DNA from: an uncultured Candidatus Rokubacteria bacterium
GTDB lineage: Bacteria > Methylomirabilota > Methylomirabilia > Rokubacteriales > CSP1-6
DNA: 64,000 nt
Reading direction: 5' to 3'
NCBI GenBank assembly: GCA_963758635.1
Contig: CAVWWD010000006.1
Coordinates: 224,001 to 288,000, forward strand
Shown: positions 53,411-63,558 of the stretch, piece after piece
Position numbering within the stretch: the stretch's first letter is position 1
How the letters are laid out: every line of letters begins with the position of its first letter
Program-made: the position numbers and the translations under genes
The notes under the pieces: model-generated
What the model was told of the DNA's origin: nothing
Seen by the model: only the letters and a program-made list of their open reading frames with translations
The model's database searches: none

Positions 53411-54472
53411 ATGAGCCCAGAACCGGAACGCCATCCTCTCGCCGCCGAGGCCAAGGGCCTCGTGCATCCCTGGCCCGAGCCGCCCGCCGGGGGCACCAGC
53501 ATCACCGTCGCGCCGGGCATCCAGTGGATCCGGATGCCTTTGCCCTTCGCCTTGGACCACATCAATCTGTGGCTGCTGGAGGACGAGGGCGGCGTCACCG
53601 TCGTGGACACCGGCGTGGGCCTCTCGCCCACGCGCGAGCTGTGGGAGAAGCTCTTCGCGACCGAGCTGGCCGAGCGTCCGATCGTGCGCGTGCTCGTCAC
53701 CCACTTCCACCCCGACCACATCGGCAATGCCGACTGGCTCGCCAGGCGCTTCGGCGTCCAGGTCTGGTGCCCGCAGGCGGAGTGGCTCATGTGCCAGCTC
53801 GCCTGGCAGGGCATGGGCGGCAACGACTCCGACAAGCGCATGAACCACTACCGGAAGAACGGCGTGGGCGAGGCGGAGGTCGAGGCGTTCCGCGAGCGTG
53901 GCAACCACTACCGCCAGCTCGTCCCCACCGTGACGCGGGAGTTCCGCGCCGTGCGCGAGGGCGACACGGTGACGATCGGCGGGCGCGGCTGGCGAGTCTT
54001 CACGGTGCTCGGCCACGCGCCCGAGCATGCGTGCCTCTACTGCGAGGAGGCGGGCGTCCTCATCTCCGGCGATCAGGTGCTGCCGAAGATCACCACCAAC
54101 GTGAGCGTGTGGCCGGACCAGCCGCACGCCAACCCCCTGCGCCTCTACCTCGTCTCGCTCGGACGCTTCCGGCCGCTCCCCGAGGACACGCTCGTGCTGC
54201 CCTCGCACGGGCTGCCCTTCCGCCGTCTCCACGTCCGCCTGGACTACCTCCGCCACCACCACGAGGAGCGGCTGGCCGACACCATGGCCGCGGTGGCCGA
54301 GCCGCGCACCGCCTCGGAGCTGGTGCCCGTGCTGTTCCGGCGCAAGCTCGACACGCACCAGCTCGGCTTCGCCATCGGCGAGACGCTAGCGCACCTCCAT
54401 TACCTGGAGGCGGACGGGCTGGCCGAGCGTCTCGTGGACGCGGCGGGCGTGCACCGGTTCAGGAAGGCGTGA
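53411..54472 (+). CDS. MBL-fold metallohydrolase
   Basis: LPFALDHIN, THFHPDHIG, GHAPEH, SGDQVLP, LPSHG. Confidence 0.92.
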   Translation: MSPEPERHPLAAEAKGLVHPWPEPPAGGTSITVAPGIQWIRMPLPFALDHINLWLLEDEGGVTVVDTGVGLSPTRELWEKLFATELAERPIVRVLVTHFHPDHIGNADWLARRFGVQVWCPQAEWLMCQLAWQGMGGNDSDKRMNHYRKNGVGEAEVEAFRERGNHYRQLVPTVTREFRAVREGDTVTIGGRGWRVFTVLGHAPEHACLYCEEAGVLISGDQVLPKITTNVSVWPDQPHANPLRLYLVSLGRFRPLPEDTLVLPSHGLPFRRLHVRLDYLRHHHEERLADTMAAVAEPRTASELVPVLFRRKLDTHQLGFAIGETLAHLHYLEADGLAERLVDAAGVHRFRKA

Positions 54473-54502
54473 GGGGGCCGGCGTCCCGAGCGGACGTGTC
54501 TG

Positions 54503-54615
54503 CCGCCCCTCACCCTGCCCTCTCCCCAAGAGGGAGAGGGAAAGGCGCGGCGTGACAACGCACGAGGTTGTGTCGACCGCCCCTCACCCTGCCCTCTCCC
54601 CGGAGGGGAGAGGGG
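54503..54615 (-). repeat. Two tandem BoxC/REP-like repeats (54503-54540, 54577-54615)
   Basis: CCGCCCCTCACCCTGCCCTCTCCCC-loop-GGGAGAGGG twice. Confidence 0.85.
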
Positions 54616-54616
54616 A

Positions 54617-55408
54617 ATGACAGACCGGGTCGTTGTCGTCACCGCCGGCGGCGCGGGCATCGGCGCGGCGACGGCGCGGCGGTTCGCGCGGCAGGGCGCC
54701 GCCGTGGTCGTGGCCGACATCAGCGGCAAGCGCGCGCAGGCGGTGGCCGGCGAGATCGCGGCGGCGGGCGGCCGCGTCTCGTGGCTCAAGATGGACGCCG
54801 CCGACCCCGAGGGCGTGCAGGCCACGGTGCGGCTCGCCGTGGACACGTACGGCCGTCTCGACGTGATGGTCAACAACGCCGGCCTCGCCGAGGTGGCGCC
54901 GCTCGACGAGATCACCCTCGAGGGCTGGAACCGCGTGCTCGCGGTCACGCTGACCAGCGTGTTCCTCGGCATGAAGTACTGCCTGCCCGTCATGCGCGCG
55001 CAGGGTGGCGGGGCCATCGTCAACACCGCGTCCATCTCGGGCACCGCCGGAGACTACGGGCTTTCCTCCTACAACGCGGCGAAGGCCGGCGTCATCAACC
55101 TCACGCGCTCGGCGGCGATCGAGAACGCGCGTCACGGGATCCGCGTGAACTGCGTGTGCCCCGGCACCATCGACACCCGCGCGCCCATCCTCCTGGGCGG
55201 CGACCGCGCGGACGAGATCCGGCGCGCCCAGGCCGGCGTCACGCCGCTCGGCCGCATGGGCGAGGCGGACGAGATCGCCGCCGCCATCGTGTTCCTCGCC
55301 TCCCCGGACGCCTCGTTCGTCACCGGCGCGTCGCTCGTGGCCGACGGGGGCCTCGTCGCCCACACCGGTCTGCCCCCGTTCCGCCCGCGAATGGCCGCGG
55401 AGCGGTAG
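54617..55408 (+). CDS. SDR family oxidoreductase
   Basis: TAGGAGIG, NNAG, YNAAK, VNCVCPG. Confidence 0.95.
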   Translation: MTDRVVVVTAGGAGIGAATARRFARQGAAVVVADISGKRAQAVAGEIAAAGGRVSWLKMDAADPEGVQATVRLAVDTYGRLDVMVNNAGLAEVAPLDEITLEGWNRVLAVTLTSVFLGMKYCLPVMRAQGGGAIVNTASISGTAGDYGLSSYNAAKAGVINLTRSAAIENARHGIRVNCVCPGTIDTRAPILLGGDRADEIRRAQAGVTPLGRMGEADEIAAAIVFLASPDASFVTGASLVADGGLVAHTGLPPFRPRMAAER

Positions 55409-55421
55409 TACACTGCCCGCC

Positions 55422-57827
55422 GTGGAGACCAGCTCTCGCGAAGCGGATCGGAAAGACGTCGGCGGTATCGGCCGACACCCCACCGCATCGACCGGCATCG
55501 GCGCGTCCCCGCGCCGCAAGGAAGACCGCCGCCTCCTGGTCGGCGGCGGCCGCTACCTCGACGACATCGCGCGCGATGGCGCGCTGCACCTGGGCGTCGT
55601 GCGGAGTCTGCACGCCCACGCGCGCATCGTGAAGGTGGACGTGCGCGAGGCGCTGGCCCGGCCGGGCGTGCGCGCGGCGTGGAGCGCCGCCGACCTGCCC
55701 GACGTGGCGCGGCCGCTGCTGGCCGGCTCCGACGGCGCGCACAAGGGCCGCCCGTTCGCCGCCCCCGTCCTCGCCCGCGAGGTCGCGCGCTACGTGGGCG
55801 AGCCTGTCGCGGTCGTGGTGGCCGACGATCCGTACCGACTGGCCGACGCGCTCGAGACCGTTGCCGTCGAGTACGATCCCCTGCCCGCGCTGACCACGCC
55901 CGAGGCCGCGCTCACGTCCGCCACGCGGCTCCACGACGGCTGGCCGGACAACGGCGCCGTCCACGTGCGAGGATCCATCGGCGAGGCCGAGGCCGAGCTG
56001 GGGCGCGCCGACGTGGTCGTGGAGGAGACCCTCCGGCATCCACGGCTGGCCGGCGTGCCCATCGAGACGCGCGGCGCCCTCGCGTACGCGGACCCGGACA
56101 CCGGCCGCCTCGTCCTCTGGTCCTCCACGCAGAACCCGTACGCGATCCGCGACGCCGTCGCCCGCATCCTGGGGCGCGCCGCCGAGGAGATGCGCGTGAT
56201 GACGCCCGACGTGGGCGGCGGCTTCGGCCCGAAGGGCGCGCCGTATCCCGAGGAGGCCCTGGTCGCCGCCGCGGCCCTCCGCCTGGGCCGTCCCGTGAAG
56301 TGGGTGGAGACGCGCCGCGAGGACTTCCCCGCCCTCGGCCACGACCGCGACCAGGTGCACCGCGCCCGGATCGGGTTCCGCCGCGACGGGACCATCGCGG
56401 CCATCGACGACAGCTTCCTCGCCGACGTGGGCGCGTACCCCGCCCAGGGCAACGGCCTTACGCTGAACACGGTGAACCACCTGCCCGGCCCGTACCGCGT
56501 GGCGCACTACCGGAGCACGGGCACCAGCGTCGTCACCAACAAGACGCTCAACATGGCGTACCGCGCGGCGGGACGTCCGGAGGCGGTGTTCGTGATGGAG
56601 CGCCTGATGGACCTGGGCGCGCGGCGCCTCGGCCTCGATCCCGCCGAGATCCGGCGGAAGAACTTCGTGCGCCCCGCGGAGATGCCGTACCGCTCCGGCC
56701 TCACCTACAAGGACGGCGTGCCGATCGCCTACGACCCGGGCGACTTCCCCGCCGCGTTCGACCGCGCGCTCGAGCTGTTCGGGTATCGGGAGTGGCGAGC
56801 GCGCCAGGCCGCGCAGCCCGCGGGGCCGCGGCGGCTCGGCGTGGGGATCGCCTGCTACGCGCAGGGTACCGGGCTCGGGCCGTTCGAGGGCGCGACGGTG
56901 CGCGTGGACGCCACCGGGAAGGTCTACGTGCTCATCGGCGTCGCCGCCCAGGGCCAGGGCCACGCCACCACGCTCGCCCAGATCTGCGCCCAGGAGCTGG
57001 GCGCGGCCTTCGACGACGTGATCGTCACCGCGGGCGACACCATGCTCGTCCCCTTCGGCATGGGCACGGGCGGCAGCCGCGTCATGGCCAACGCGGGTCC
57101 CGCGGTGGCCCAGACCTCCCGGGACGTGCGCGAACGCGCCACGATCGTGGCCGCGGAGATGCTGGAGTGCGCGCCCGCCGACGTGCGGATCGAGGGGGGA
57201 CGCGCCTTCGTGGCCGGGCTGCCGGACCGGACCATCCCCCTCGGCCGGCTCGCCCAGGCCGCGGTGCGGTCGAAGGCGCTCAAGCCCACCGGTGAGCCGG
57301 GGCTCCACGCGTGCACGTACTTCTATCCCGACACCGTGACGTGGGCGTTCGGGACGCACGTCGCCGCCGTCGAGGTGGACGTGGAAAGCGCCGCGGTGAA
57401 GCTCCTCGCCTACGCGGTCGTGCACGATCCCGGCCGCGCGATCCACCCCGTGATCGTCGAGGGCCAGCTCCAGGGCGGCGCCGTCCAGGGGATCGGGGCC
57501 GGCCTCCTGGAGGAGATCGTCTACGACGACGCGGGGCAGCTCCTGACCGGGAGCTTCATGGACTACGCGATCCCGCGCGCCGACGACGTGCCGTCGATCC
57601 CGGTGGCTCTCACCGAGCACGCCTCGGTGATCAACCCGCTCGGGGTGAAGGGCGTGGGCGAGAGCGGGGCCATCCCCGGCGCCGCGGCCATCGCGAACGC
57701 GGTGGAGGACGCGGTGGCGGACCTCGGGGTCATCGTGCGCGAGACGCCGGTGACGTCGGCGCGCCTGCATGCCTGGATCGCCGCCGCGCGACGGGCCGCG
57801 GAGGCGTCGCCCGCCCGAGGCCGCTGA
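55422..57827 (+). CDS. Xanthine dehydrogenase family molybdopterin-binding subunit (form II CoxL-like)
   Basis: RKEDRRL..GRYLDD, DVGGGFGPK, AYRAAGRPE, QGQGH, GVKGVGE. Confidence 0.93.
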   Translation: METSSREADRKDVGGIGRHPTASTGIGASPRRKEDRRLLVGGGRYLDDIARDGALHLGVVRSLHAHARIVKVDVREALARPGVRAAWSAADLPDVARPLLAGSDGAHKGRPFAAPVLAREVARYVGEPVAVVVADDPYRLADALETVAVEYDPLPALTTPEAALTSATRLHDGWPDNGAVHVRGSIGEAEAELGRADVVVEETLRHPRLAGVPIETRGALAYADPDTGRLVLWSSTQNPYAIRDAVARILGRAAEEMRVMTPDVGGGFGPKGAPYPEEALVAAAALRLGRPVKWVETRREDFPALGHDRDQVHRARIGFRRDGTIAAIDDSFLADVGAYPAQGNGLTLNTVNHLPGPYRVAHYRSTGTSVVTNKTLNMAYRAAGRPEAVFVMERLMDLGARRLGLDPAEIRRKNFVRPAEMPYRSGLTYKDGVPIAYDPGDFPAAFDRALELFGYREWRARQAAQPAGPRRLGVGIACYAQGTGLGPFEGATVRVDATGKVYVLIGVAAQGQGHATTLAQICAQELGAAFDDVIVTAGDTMLVPFGMGTGGSRVMANAGPAVAQTSRDVRERATIVAAEMLECAPADVRIEGGRAFVAGLPDRTIPLGRLAQAAVRSKALKPTGEPGLHACTYFYPDTVTWAFGTHVAAVEVDVESAAVKLLAYAVVHDPGRAIHPVIVEGQLQGGAVQGIGAGLLEEIVYDDAGQLLTGSFMDYAIPRADDVPSIPVALTEHASVINPLGVKGVGESGAIPGAAAIANAVEDAVADLGVIVRETPVTSARLHAWIAAARRAAEASPARGR

Positions 57828-59700
57828 TGGACCTCGGCTTCGACGCGAAGCTGAAGTCCGCGTTCGAGCTGAGCCCCACCTTCCTCTGCGTCACCAGCCT
57901 CGCCGACGGCCGGATCCTCGAGGTGAACGACGCCTTCTGTCGCGTCACCCGCTACGCCCGCGAGGAGATGATCGGGCGCACCGTGCTCGAGCTGGGCCTG
58001 TGGGTGGACCCGGTTCAACGCGAGCAAGGGCTGGTGGCGCTCCGCGCCGGCAACGCGGTCCGCAACGTGGAGGCCCGCCTGCGCACGAAGGACGGCGACG
58101 TGCGCGTGATCATCATCGCCGCCGACATCGTCACCATCGACGGCGCGCCGTGCATCCTGAACGCCATGATGGACATCACCGACCGGACCCGCGCCGAGGC
58201 GGAGCTGCGCGCGAGCGAGCAGCGGTTCGCCCGCCTCTTCCACGGCAACCCGCTCCCGATGGCCATCACGCGCCTCGAGGACGACCGCTACCTGGACGTC
58301 AACCAGGCCGCTCCCGGGTCTGCGGCTACGCGCGCGAGGAGATGATCGGGCGGACGCGCCTCGAGCTGGGGCTGTGGGCGTGCCCGCCCAGCGCGAGGAG
58401 ATCGTCCGGCGCCTGCGCGCCGAGGGCCAGGCCCGCGACGTCGAGGCGACGTTCCGCATCCGGAGCGGCGAGCTGCGGCAGCTCGTGGTGAACGCCGAGA
58501 CCATCGCCTACCGCGGCGAGACGGCCGTGCTCAGCGTGTCGCTCGACATCACCGAGCGGAAGCAGGTCGAGGCGGAGGGCGAGGCGCGACGCGCGGAGGC
58601 CGAGGCGCTCACCCGGGCCAAGGACGAGTTCCTCGCCATGCTCGGCCACGAGCTCAGGAACCCGCTCGGCACCCTCACCAACGCGGTGGCCGTCCTGGAG
58701 CGTGTGACCCCGGACGAGAGCGCGCGGCGCGTGGTGGACATCGTGCGGCGCCAGACCGCGCACCTCACCCGCCTCGTGGATGACCTGCTGGACGTGGCGC
58801 GCGTGTCGTCGGGGAAGATCGACCTGCGGCTCGGACGGCAGGACCTGGGCGAGCTCGCGCGCCGCTCGGTGGACGGTCTCGCCCAGGCCGGGCGCACGCA
58901 AGAGCACGAGGTGACCGTGCACGGCGCGGGCGTCCCGATCCACGCCGATCCCGCGCGCATCGAGCAGGTGATCGCGAACCTCGTGGACAACGCGCTCAAG
59001 TACACGCCGGCCGGCGGCCGCATCAGCGTGCGCGTCGAGCGCGCGGGCGACCGCGCGGTGCTCCGCGTGCGCGACACCGGCAAGGGCTTCGCGCCCGACC
59101 TGCTGCCCCATGCGTTCGACGTGTTCGTGCAGGGACCGCAGGCGATCGACCGCGCGCGCGGCGGCCTCGGCCTGGGGCTCACGCTCGTGAAGCGGCTCGT
59201 GGAGCTGCACGGGGGCACGGTCGCGGCGGCCAGCGCCGGGCCGGGCCTCGGGAGCGAGTTCACGATGACGCTCCCGCTCCTCGTCCGAGGGCGACGGCGA
59301 CCGGCCGCCCCGCGGCGCGCTCCCCGCTCCCGGAGCGCGGTCGCCGCGCCGGGTGCTGGTCGTGGAGGACAGCGAGGATGCGCGCGAGAGCCTGCGGCTG
59401 CTCCTGACGATGGCCGGGCACGAGGTGAAGACCGCGGAGGACGGCCCGACCGGTCTCCTCATGCTCCAGTCCTTCCGTCCCGAGGTCGCGTTCGTGGACG
59501 TGGGGCTGCCCGGCATGGACGGCTACGAGCTGGCCCGGCTCGCGCGAAGCCTGCCCGCGACGCGCGGCACCCGCCTCGTCGCCCTCACCGGCTACGGACA
59601 GGCCGAGGATCGCCGCCGCGCGCTCGACGCGGGATTCGACGCCCACGTGGCGAAGCCCGTGGACCCGGGGACCATGGAGGACCTGCTGGGGAGCCGCTGA
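57827..59700 (+). CDS. PAS-PAS hybrid histidine kinase with receiver domain (frameshifted)
   Basis: Two PAS repeats (EEMIGRT.LELGLW), MLGHELRNPL, NLVDNALKYT, GLGLGL, REC domain (VEDS, DVGLPGMDG, KP). Confidence 0.88.
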
Positions 59701-59773
59701 CGGACGACGCCGGCGGTTCGGCGGGGACGGCCGGGCGGTTCGACGGATCGGCGCGGCCGGCCTGGCGCAGTAT

Positions 59774-60202
59774 TCACGAAGGTCGCGGTCCCGGGTCGCC
59801 GGTCAGAGCATTGAGAAACGCCCGTGGGGAGACGATCCGGATTCCCTGGAACACTTTCAAGCGCTGAAGATGCCGCTTGTCACCGGTCACGAGGAAATCG
59901 GCGCCGGCCGCGAGCGCGCACTCGAGGATCCGGTGATCCGGTTCGTGGGAGGTCACGTCTTGTAGCTTGCGCGTCGGCCTCACCAGCGCGGCGATCGTGG
60001 CCACCTCGGCGAGCGCCTCCCGGACATGGGCAGGCGGCCAGTCGAACGTCCGTCGGAGCACGGCCCGGAGTTCGCTCAGGATTTCCGGAGAGACGTACAG
60101 GTCGACGAGGCCCGCTCGCGCGAGGACGAGGACCTCCTCGCAGGTACCGCCGAAGACGATGGCCGAGACATAGACATTGGTGTCGGCGACGGCCCGGATC
60201 AC
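59774..60202 (-). CDS. PIN domain (VapC-like) toxin
   Basis: VADTNVYVSA, EL..VL, DHRILECA, LVTGDKRHL. Confidence 0.9.
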   Translation of the reverse strand: MIRAVADTNVYVSAIVFGGTCEEVLVLARAGLVDLYVSPEILSELRAVLRRTFDWPPAHVREALAEVATIAALVRPTRKLQDVTSHEPDHRILECALAAGADFLVTGDKRHLQRLKVFQGIRIVSPRAFLNALTGDPGPRPS

Positions 60203-60456
60203 CGGGCGGCCCGGCGACGGCCGGCCCGCACCTTGTCGAGGAGGCGCTGGAGGTCTCTCTCGCTCTTCAAGCCGAGTCGGTCAGCGGTCTCCGCCCCCCA
60301 CCGCCGCAGCCGCTGCCATCGGCGGGAGGCTAGGTACTGGCGAAGCGCCTCCCGGATGAGGTCGCTGCGGCTCCGGTCCTCCTGCCGGGCCACGCGCTGC
60401 GTTTCGTCGAGCAGTTCCGCGGGCAGCGAGATCGTGATCAGCTTGGTCGCGCGCAT
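60199..60456 (-). CDS. CopG/RHH antitoxin
   Basis: ITISLPAEL..RSRSDLIREALRQY; GTGA overlap with the PIN gene. Confidence 0.88.
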   Translation of the reverse strand: MRATKLITISLPAELLDETQRVARQEDRSRSDLIREALRQYLASRRWQRLRRWGAETADRLGLKSERDLQRLLDKVRAGRRRAAR

Positions 60457-60739
60457 CCCCGTCTCCCGTGTGTTACGCAGTATTAACAACCTAGCATGGT
60501 CAAGAAGCCTAGGACCACAGGGTAGATTGCAGTAGGCGGGCTCGCTGGCCAGTCGCGCGGCGTCGCCAGCATGCTGCCGAGAGCCCCGATCGCGGCGGTG
60601 GCCGGGACGGTGAAAGAGCGAAAGAGCTACGGGCCAAGGCGGCCCAGCTGGGCTGGTGACGCTACGGGGGCTAACGGCTCGGCGACGGCGGACGGCCGCG
60701 TCGGTGGCGCCGGCCGGGCTGCGAGAAGGGTTCGCCCGA

Positions 60740-61477
60740 CTACCTGGCGGGGGGCGCCACGGAGACGCCCTTCGCTCCCGTCTTCTCGATGGCGCGGGCG
60801 ACGAGCCCGGAACCCTTCGCGTCCTCCACGACCCGACGGAGATAGGCGAGCCCGGCGTCCTTGCCCTTCGGCACGGCGATCGACTGCTGCACGCCCATGA
60901 AGCGCCCCTCGACGAGCCGCGAGCCGGGAAGCTTCGGGGCAAGGCCGGAGAGCGCCTGCACGAGGCCGGCGAGCGCGTCCACCTTGCCCGTCGCCAGGAG
61001 CTCGAACGCCGCGTCGCCTCCCTGGACGGACACGAGCTCGGCGCGCTTGAGGTTCCGCTTCAGGTAGAGCTCGTAGTTCGCGCGCGCGGGCGCGGCCACC
61101 TTCAGGCCCTCGCGATCCACCTCGGCCGCGGTGCGGAGCGTCGAGGTGCCCGGCACGAGGTACGTCGCCTCGATCTCGAGGTACGCCGCGGTGAAGCCCA
61201 TGAGCGCCTCGCGCGCCGGGTCCGAGCCGAGGAACGCGATGTCCCAGACGCCGCTGGGCGCGGCGTCGCCCATGATGGCCACGCTGTCGTAGGCGATGAT
61301 CTCCAGCGGCACGCCGAGCCGCCGGCTCACCTCGTTGGCGAGGTCGACGGCCACGCCGCGCGACTCGCCGGTGGCGCGGTCCTTCTGGGCGAGGATGAAG
61401 TTCCCGTAGTTGATCGCGGCGCGGAGCTTGCCCGTGGGTGCGAGGTCGGCGCGAACAGCCGGCGTGAGGTCACTCAT
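60740..61477 (-). CDS. Solute-binding protein family 3
   Basis: LAPTGKLRAAINYGN, GVAVDL, WDIAFL. Confidence 0.85.
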   Translation of the reverse strand: MSDLTPAVRADLAPTGKLRAAINYGNFILAQKDRATGESRGVAVDLANEVSRRLGVPLEIIAYDSVAIMGDAAPSGVWDIAFLGSDPAREALMGFTAAYLEIEATYLVPGTSTLRTAAEVDREGLKVAAPARANYELYLKRNLKRAELVSVQGGDAAFELLATGKVDALAGLVQALSGLAPKLPGSRLVEGRFMGVQQSIAVPKGKDAGLAYLRRVVEDAKGSGLVARAIEKTGAKGVSVAPPAR

Positions 61478-61541
61478 GGTCGAGCACGATAGCAGAATCG
61501 CCGCGACAAGTCCCGCCCCGATGCCGGCCGCGACCGCGCGG

Positions 61542-62912
61542 TCAGGCGAGGCCCTCCTCCTTCACCGCGCGCACGGCCGTCGCGAACGCGTCGAGCGTCT
61601 CGGCCAGCACGTCGTCGGTGTGGCAGGTGCCCACGAGCCCGCGCCCGCCGTTGAAGTCCACGCCCTGCAGCACGAGCGCCTGCCGCAGCGCGCGCGTGGC
61701 CTCCGCGTGCTTGCCGTCCAGCCGCCGCCAGTCGATGCCGTCCACCGACTGGTCCGCGCCGTCCCTCGGGGGCGCGTCGGCGCCGAAGAAGACCTTCCAG
61801 TCGCTGTGCTCGCCGTAGATCTTCCAGGCCACCGCCTCGCGGGCCAGGATCTCGTTGAGGCCGTGGCGGAGCTTGGCCGCCTGCGTGTTGGCGAAGCGGA
61901 TGGCCTGGCCGTCCGCCACCGTGGAGAGCATGGCCACGCCCGCCGCCGCCGACAGCGGGTTCGCGTTGAACGTGCCGGGATGCGCGATCTTCGCGCGGCG
62001 GTTCTCCTCCGGATCGGCCTTGGTGGAGAGGTACGCGAGCACGTCGGCGCGCCCTGCCACCGCGCCGCCCGGCAGCCCGCCGGCCACGATCTTGGCGAGG
62101 GTGGTGAGGTCGGGCCTCACGCCGAGCATTTCCTGCGCGCCGCCCGGCGCCACGCGGAAGCCCGTGACGACCTCGTCGAAGATCAGGACCGCGCCGGCCC
62201 GCCGCGTCTCCTCCCGGAGCGCGGCGATGAAGGCCGGCGGCGCCGGCACCACGCCGAAGTGGCCGCCCGTCGGCTCGATGATCACCGCGGCGACGTCGCC
62301 GGCGGCGAGGCGCGCGCGGACCGCCGCGATGTCGTTCGGCGGCAGCACCGTCACCAGGTCCACCACCTCGGGGAGCTGCCCGGCCTCCGGCTCCGCCGTG
62401 TAGGGCGCGCGCACGCCGATCTCCAGGCCCTCGTGCCAGCCGTGGAAGTGGCCGGCGAACTTCACCACGTGGCGCTTGCCCGTGGCCGCGCGGGCGAGGC
62501 GGAGCGCGAGATGCGTGGCCTCGGTGCCCGAGGCGGTGAAGCGCAGCCGCTCCGCGCTCGGCACGAGCCGGCACACCCACTCGCCCCACTCCACCTCCTT
62601 CGCGTGGCACGCGCCGTAGTGCGTCCCGCGGAGGGCCTGCTCGCGCACGGCGTCACGGACGGCGGGGGGATTGTGTCCGTGAAGGAGCGCGCCGTGCCCC
62701 ATCCAGTAGTCCACGTACCGGCGGCCGTCCACGTCCCACTTGTAGGCGCCCTCGGCGCGATCGATATACAGGGGGAACGGCTGCATGCGCCGGTTGTCGT
62801 GGGTGACGGCGTCGGGGAAGATCCGCCGCGCGCGGTCGGCCAGCGCCTGCGACGTGGGAAGAGCCTCCGTGTAGGCGTCCTGCAGCCGGGGCGCGGTGAC
62901 GATGCGGGCCAT
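61542..62912 (-). CDS. Class III aminotransferase, glutamate-1-semialdehyde aminomutase-like
   Basis: WDVDGRRYVD, SGTEA, FHG, FDEVVTGFR, TLAKIVAGG, GTFNANP. Confidence 0.9.
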   Translation of the reverse strand: MARIVTAPRLQDAYTEALPTSQALADRARRIFPDAVTHDNRRMQPFPLYIDRAEGAYKWDVDGRRYVDYWMGHGALLHGHNPPAVRDAVREQALRGTHYGACHAKEVEWGEWVCRLVPSAERLRFTASGTEATHLALRLARAATGKRHVVKFAGHFHGWHEGLEIGVRAPYTAEPEAGQLPEVVDLVTVLPPNDIAAVRARLAAGDVAAVIIEPTGGHFGVVPAPPAFIAALREETRRAGAVLIFDEVVTGFRVAPGGAQEMLGVRPDLTTLAKIVAGGLPGGAVAGRADVLAYLSTKADPEENRRAKIAHPGTFNANPLSAAAGVAMLSTVADGQAIRFANTQAAKLRHGLNEILAREAVAWKIYGEHSDWKVFFGADAPPRDGADQSVDGIDWRRLDGKHAEATRALRQALVLQGVDFNGGRGLVGTCHTDDVLAETLDAFATAVRAVKEEGLA

Positions 62913-63085
62913 GACGGTCTCCTTTCGAGGCGGCGGGCGGGTGCCCCGCGACGTATGCGAGAGTATCCCACGGCCGGGCCGCTCGCGGTCCGGCTCCACG
63001 CAACATCGGCGGGCAGACCCTCGCGCGAGGGTCTGCGATGCACCCGGTGCAACCTCTCCGGTTCAGACTCGGCGGGAAGCAGGCG

Positions 63086-63535
63086 TCAGCAGCCGAGCTT
63101 CGGCGGCACTCCCGGTTCGGGCGTCGCGTCGGTGTGGATGCGACGCACGCCGGCCCAGTAGAGCGCGCCCTGGCACATCGGGCACGGCGTCGCCGACGAG
63201 TAGAGATCGCAGTCGGACAGGTCGCGCGTGCCGAGCCGGCGCGCGGCGTCGCGCACCGCCATCAGCTCGGAGTGGGCGGTGGGATCGATCAGGCCGACGA
63301 CCTGGCTCCGGCCCTCTCCGACGATCAGGCCCTGACGGACGAGGACGGCGCCGTACGGCTGGTCTCCCGCCGCCACGGCCGCGTCGCGGAGCTCCCGGGC
63401 GCGCGCGAGGAAGGCCGTCCGCGACGGCGCCGGCGGCTGCGCGATGCCCGGCGGACCCTGCGCGTGCGCGCGGCCACCCGCGAAGGGCGCCAGCAAGAGC
63501 GCGCCGAGCACGCGCCGCCGCGTGGCGGCGTGCAT
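63086..63535 (-). CDS. Zn-dependent nucleoside deaminase with a Tat-like signal
   Basis: RRRVL plus hydrophobic stretch plus AHA; PYGAVLV, TAHSE, PCPMC. Confidence 0.85.
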   Translation of the reverse strand: MHAATRRRVLGALLLAPFAGGRAHAQGPPGIAQPPAPSRTAFLARARELRDAAVAAGDQPYGAVLVRQGLIVGEGRSQVVGLIDPTAHSELMAVRDAARRLGTRDLSDCDLYSSATPCPMCQGALYWAGVRRIHTDATPEPGVPPKLGC

Positions 63536-63558
63536 CGGTCATCCCGGCGCTGGCCCCG

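Noticed and set aside
55422..57827. Aerobic CO dehydrogenase CoxL
   Set aside because: The active-site loop is AYRAAGR (form II-like), not AYxCSFR, and there is no adjacent coxM or coxS
60570..60680. Possible rod-like ncRNA (6S- or SRP-like)
   Set aside because: Only the terminal pairing is convincing and there is no SRP motif; it reads equally well as a gene 3' remnant (RAKELRAKAAQLGW*)
61542..62912. hemL assignment
   Set aside because: The family is clear, but there are no heme genes nearby and the sequence is divergent, so it is probably a paralog
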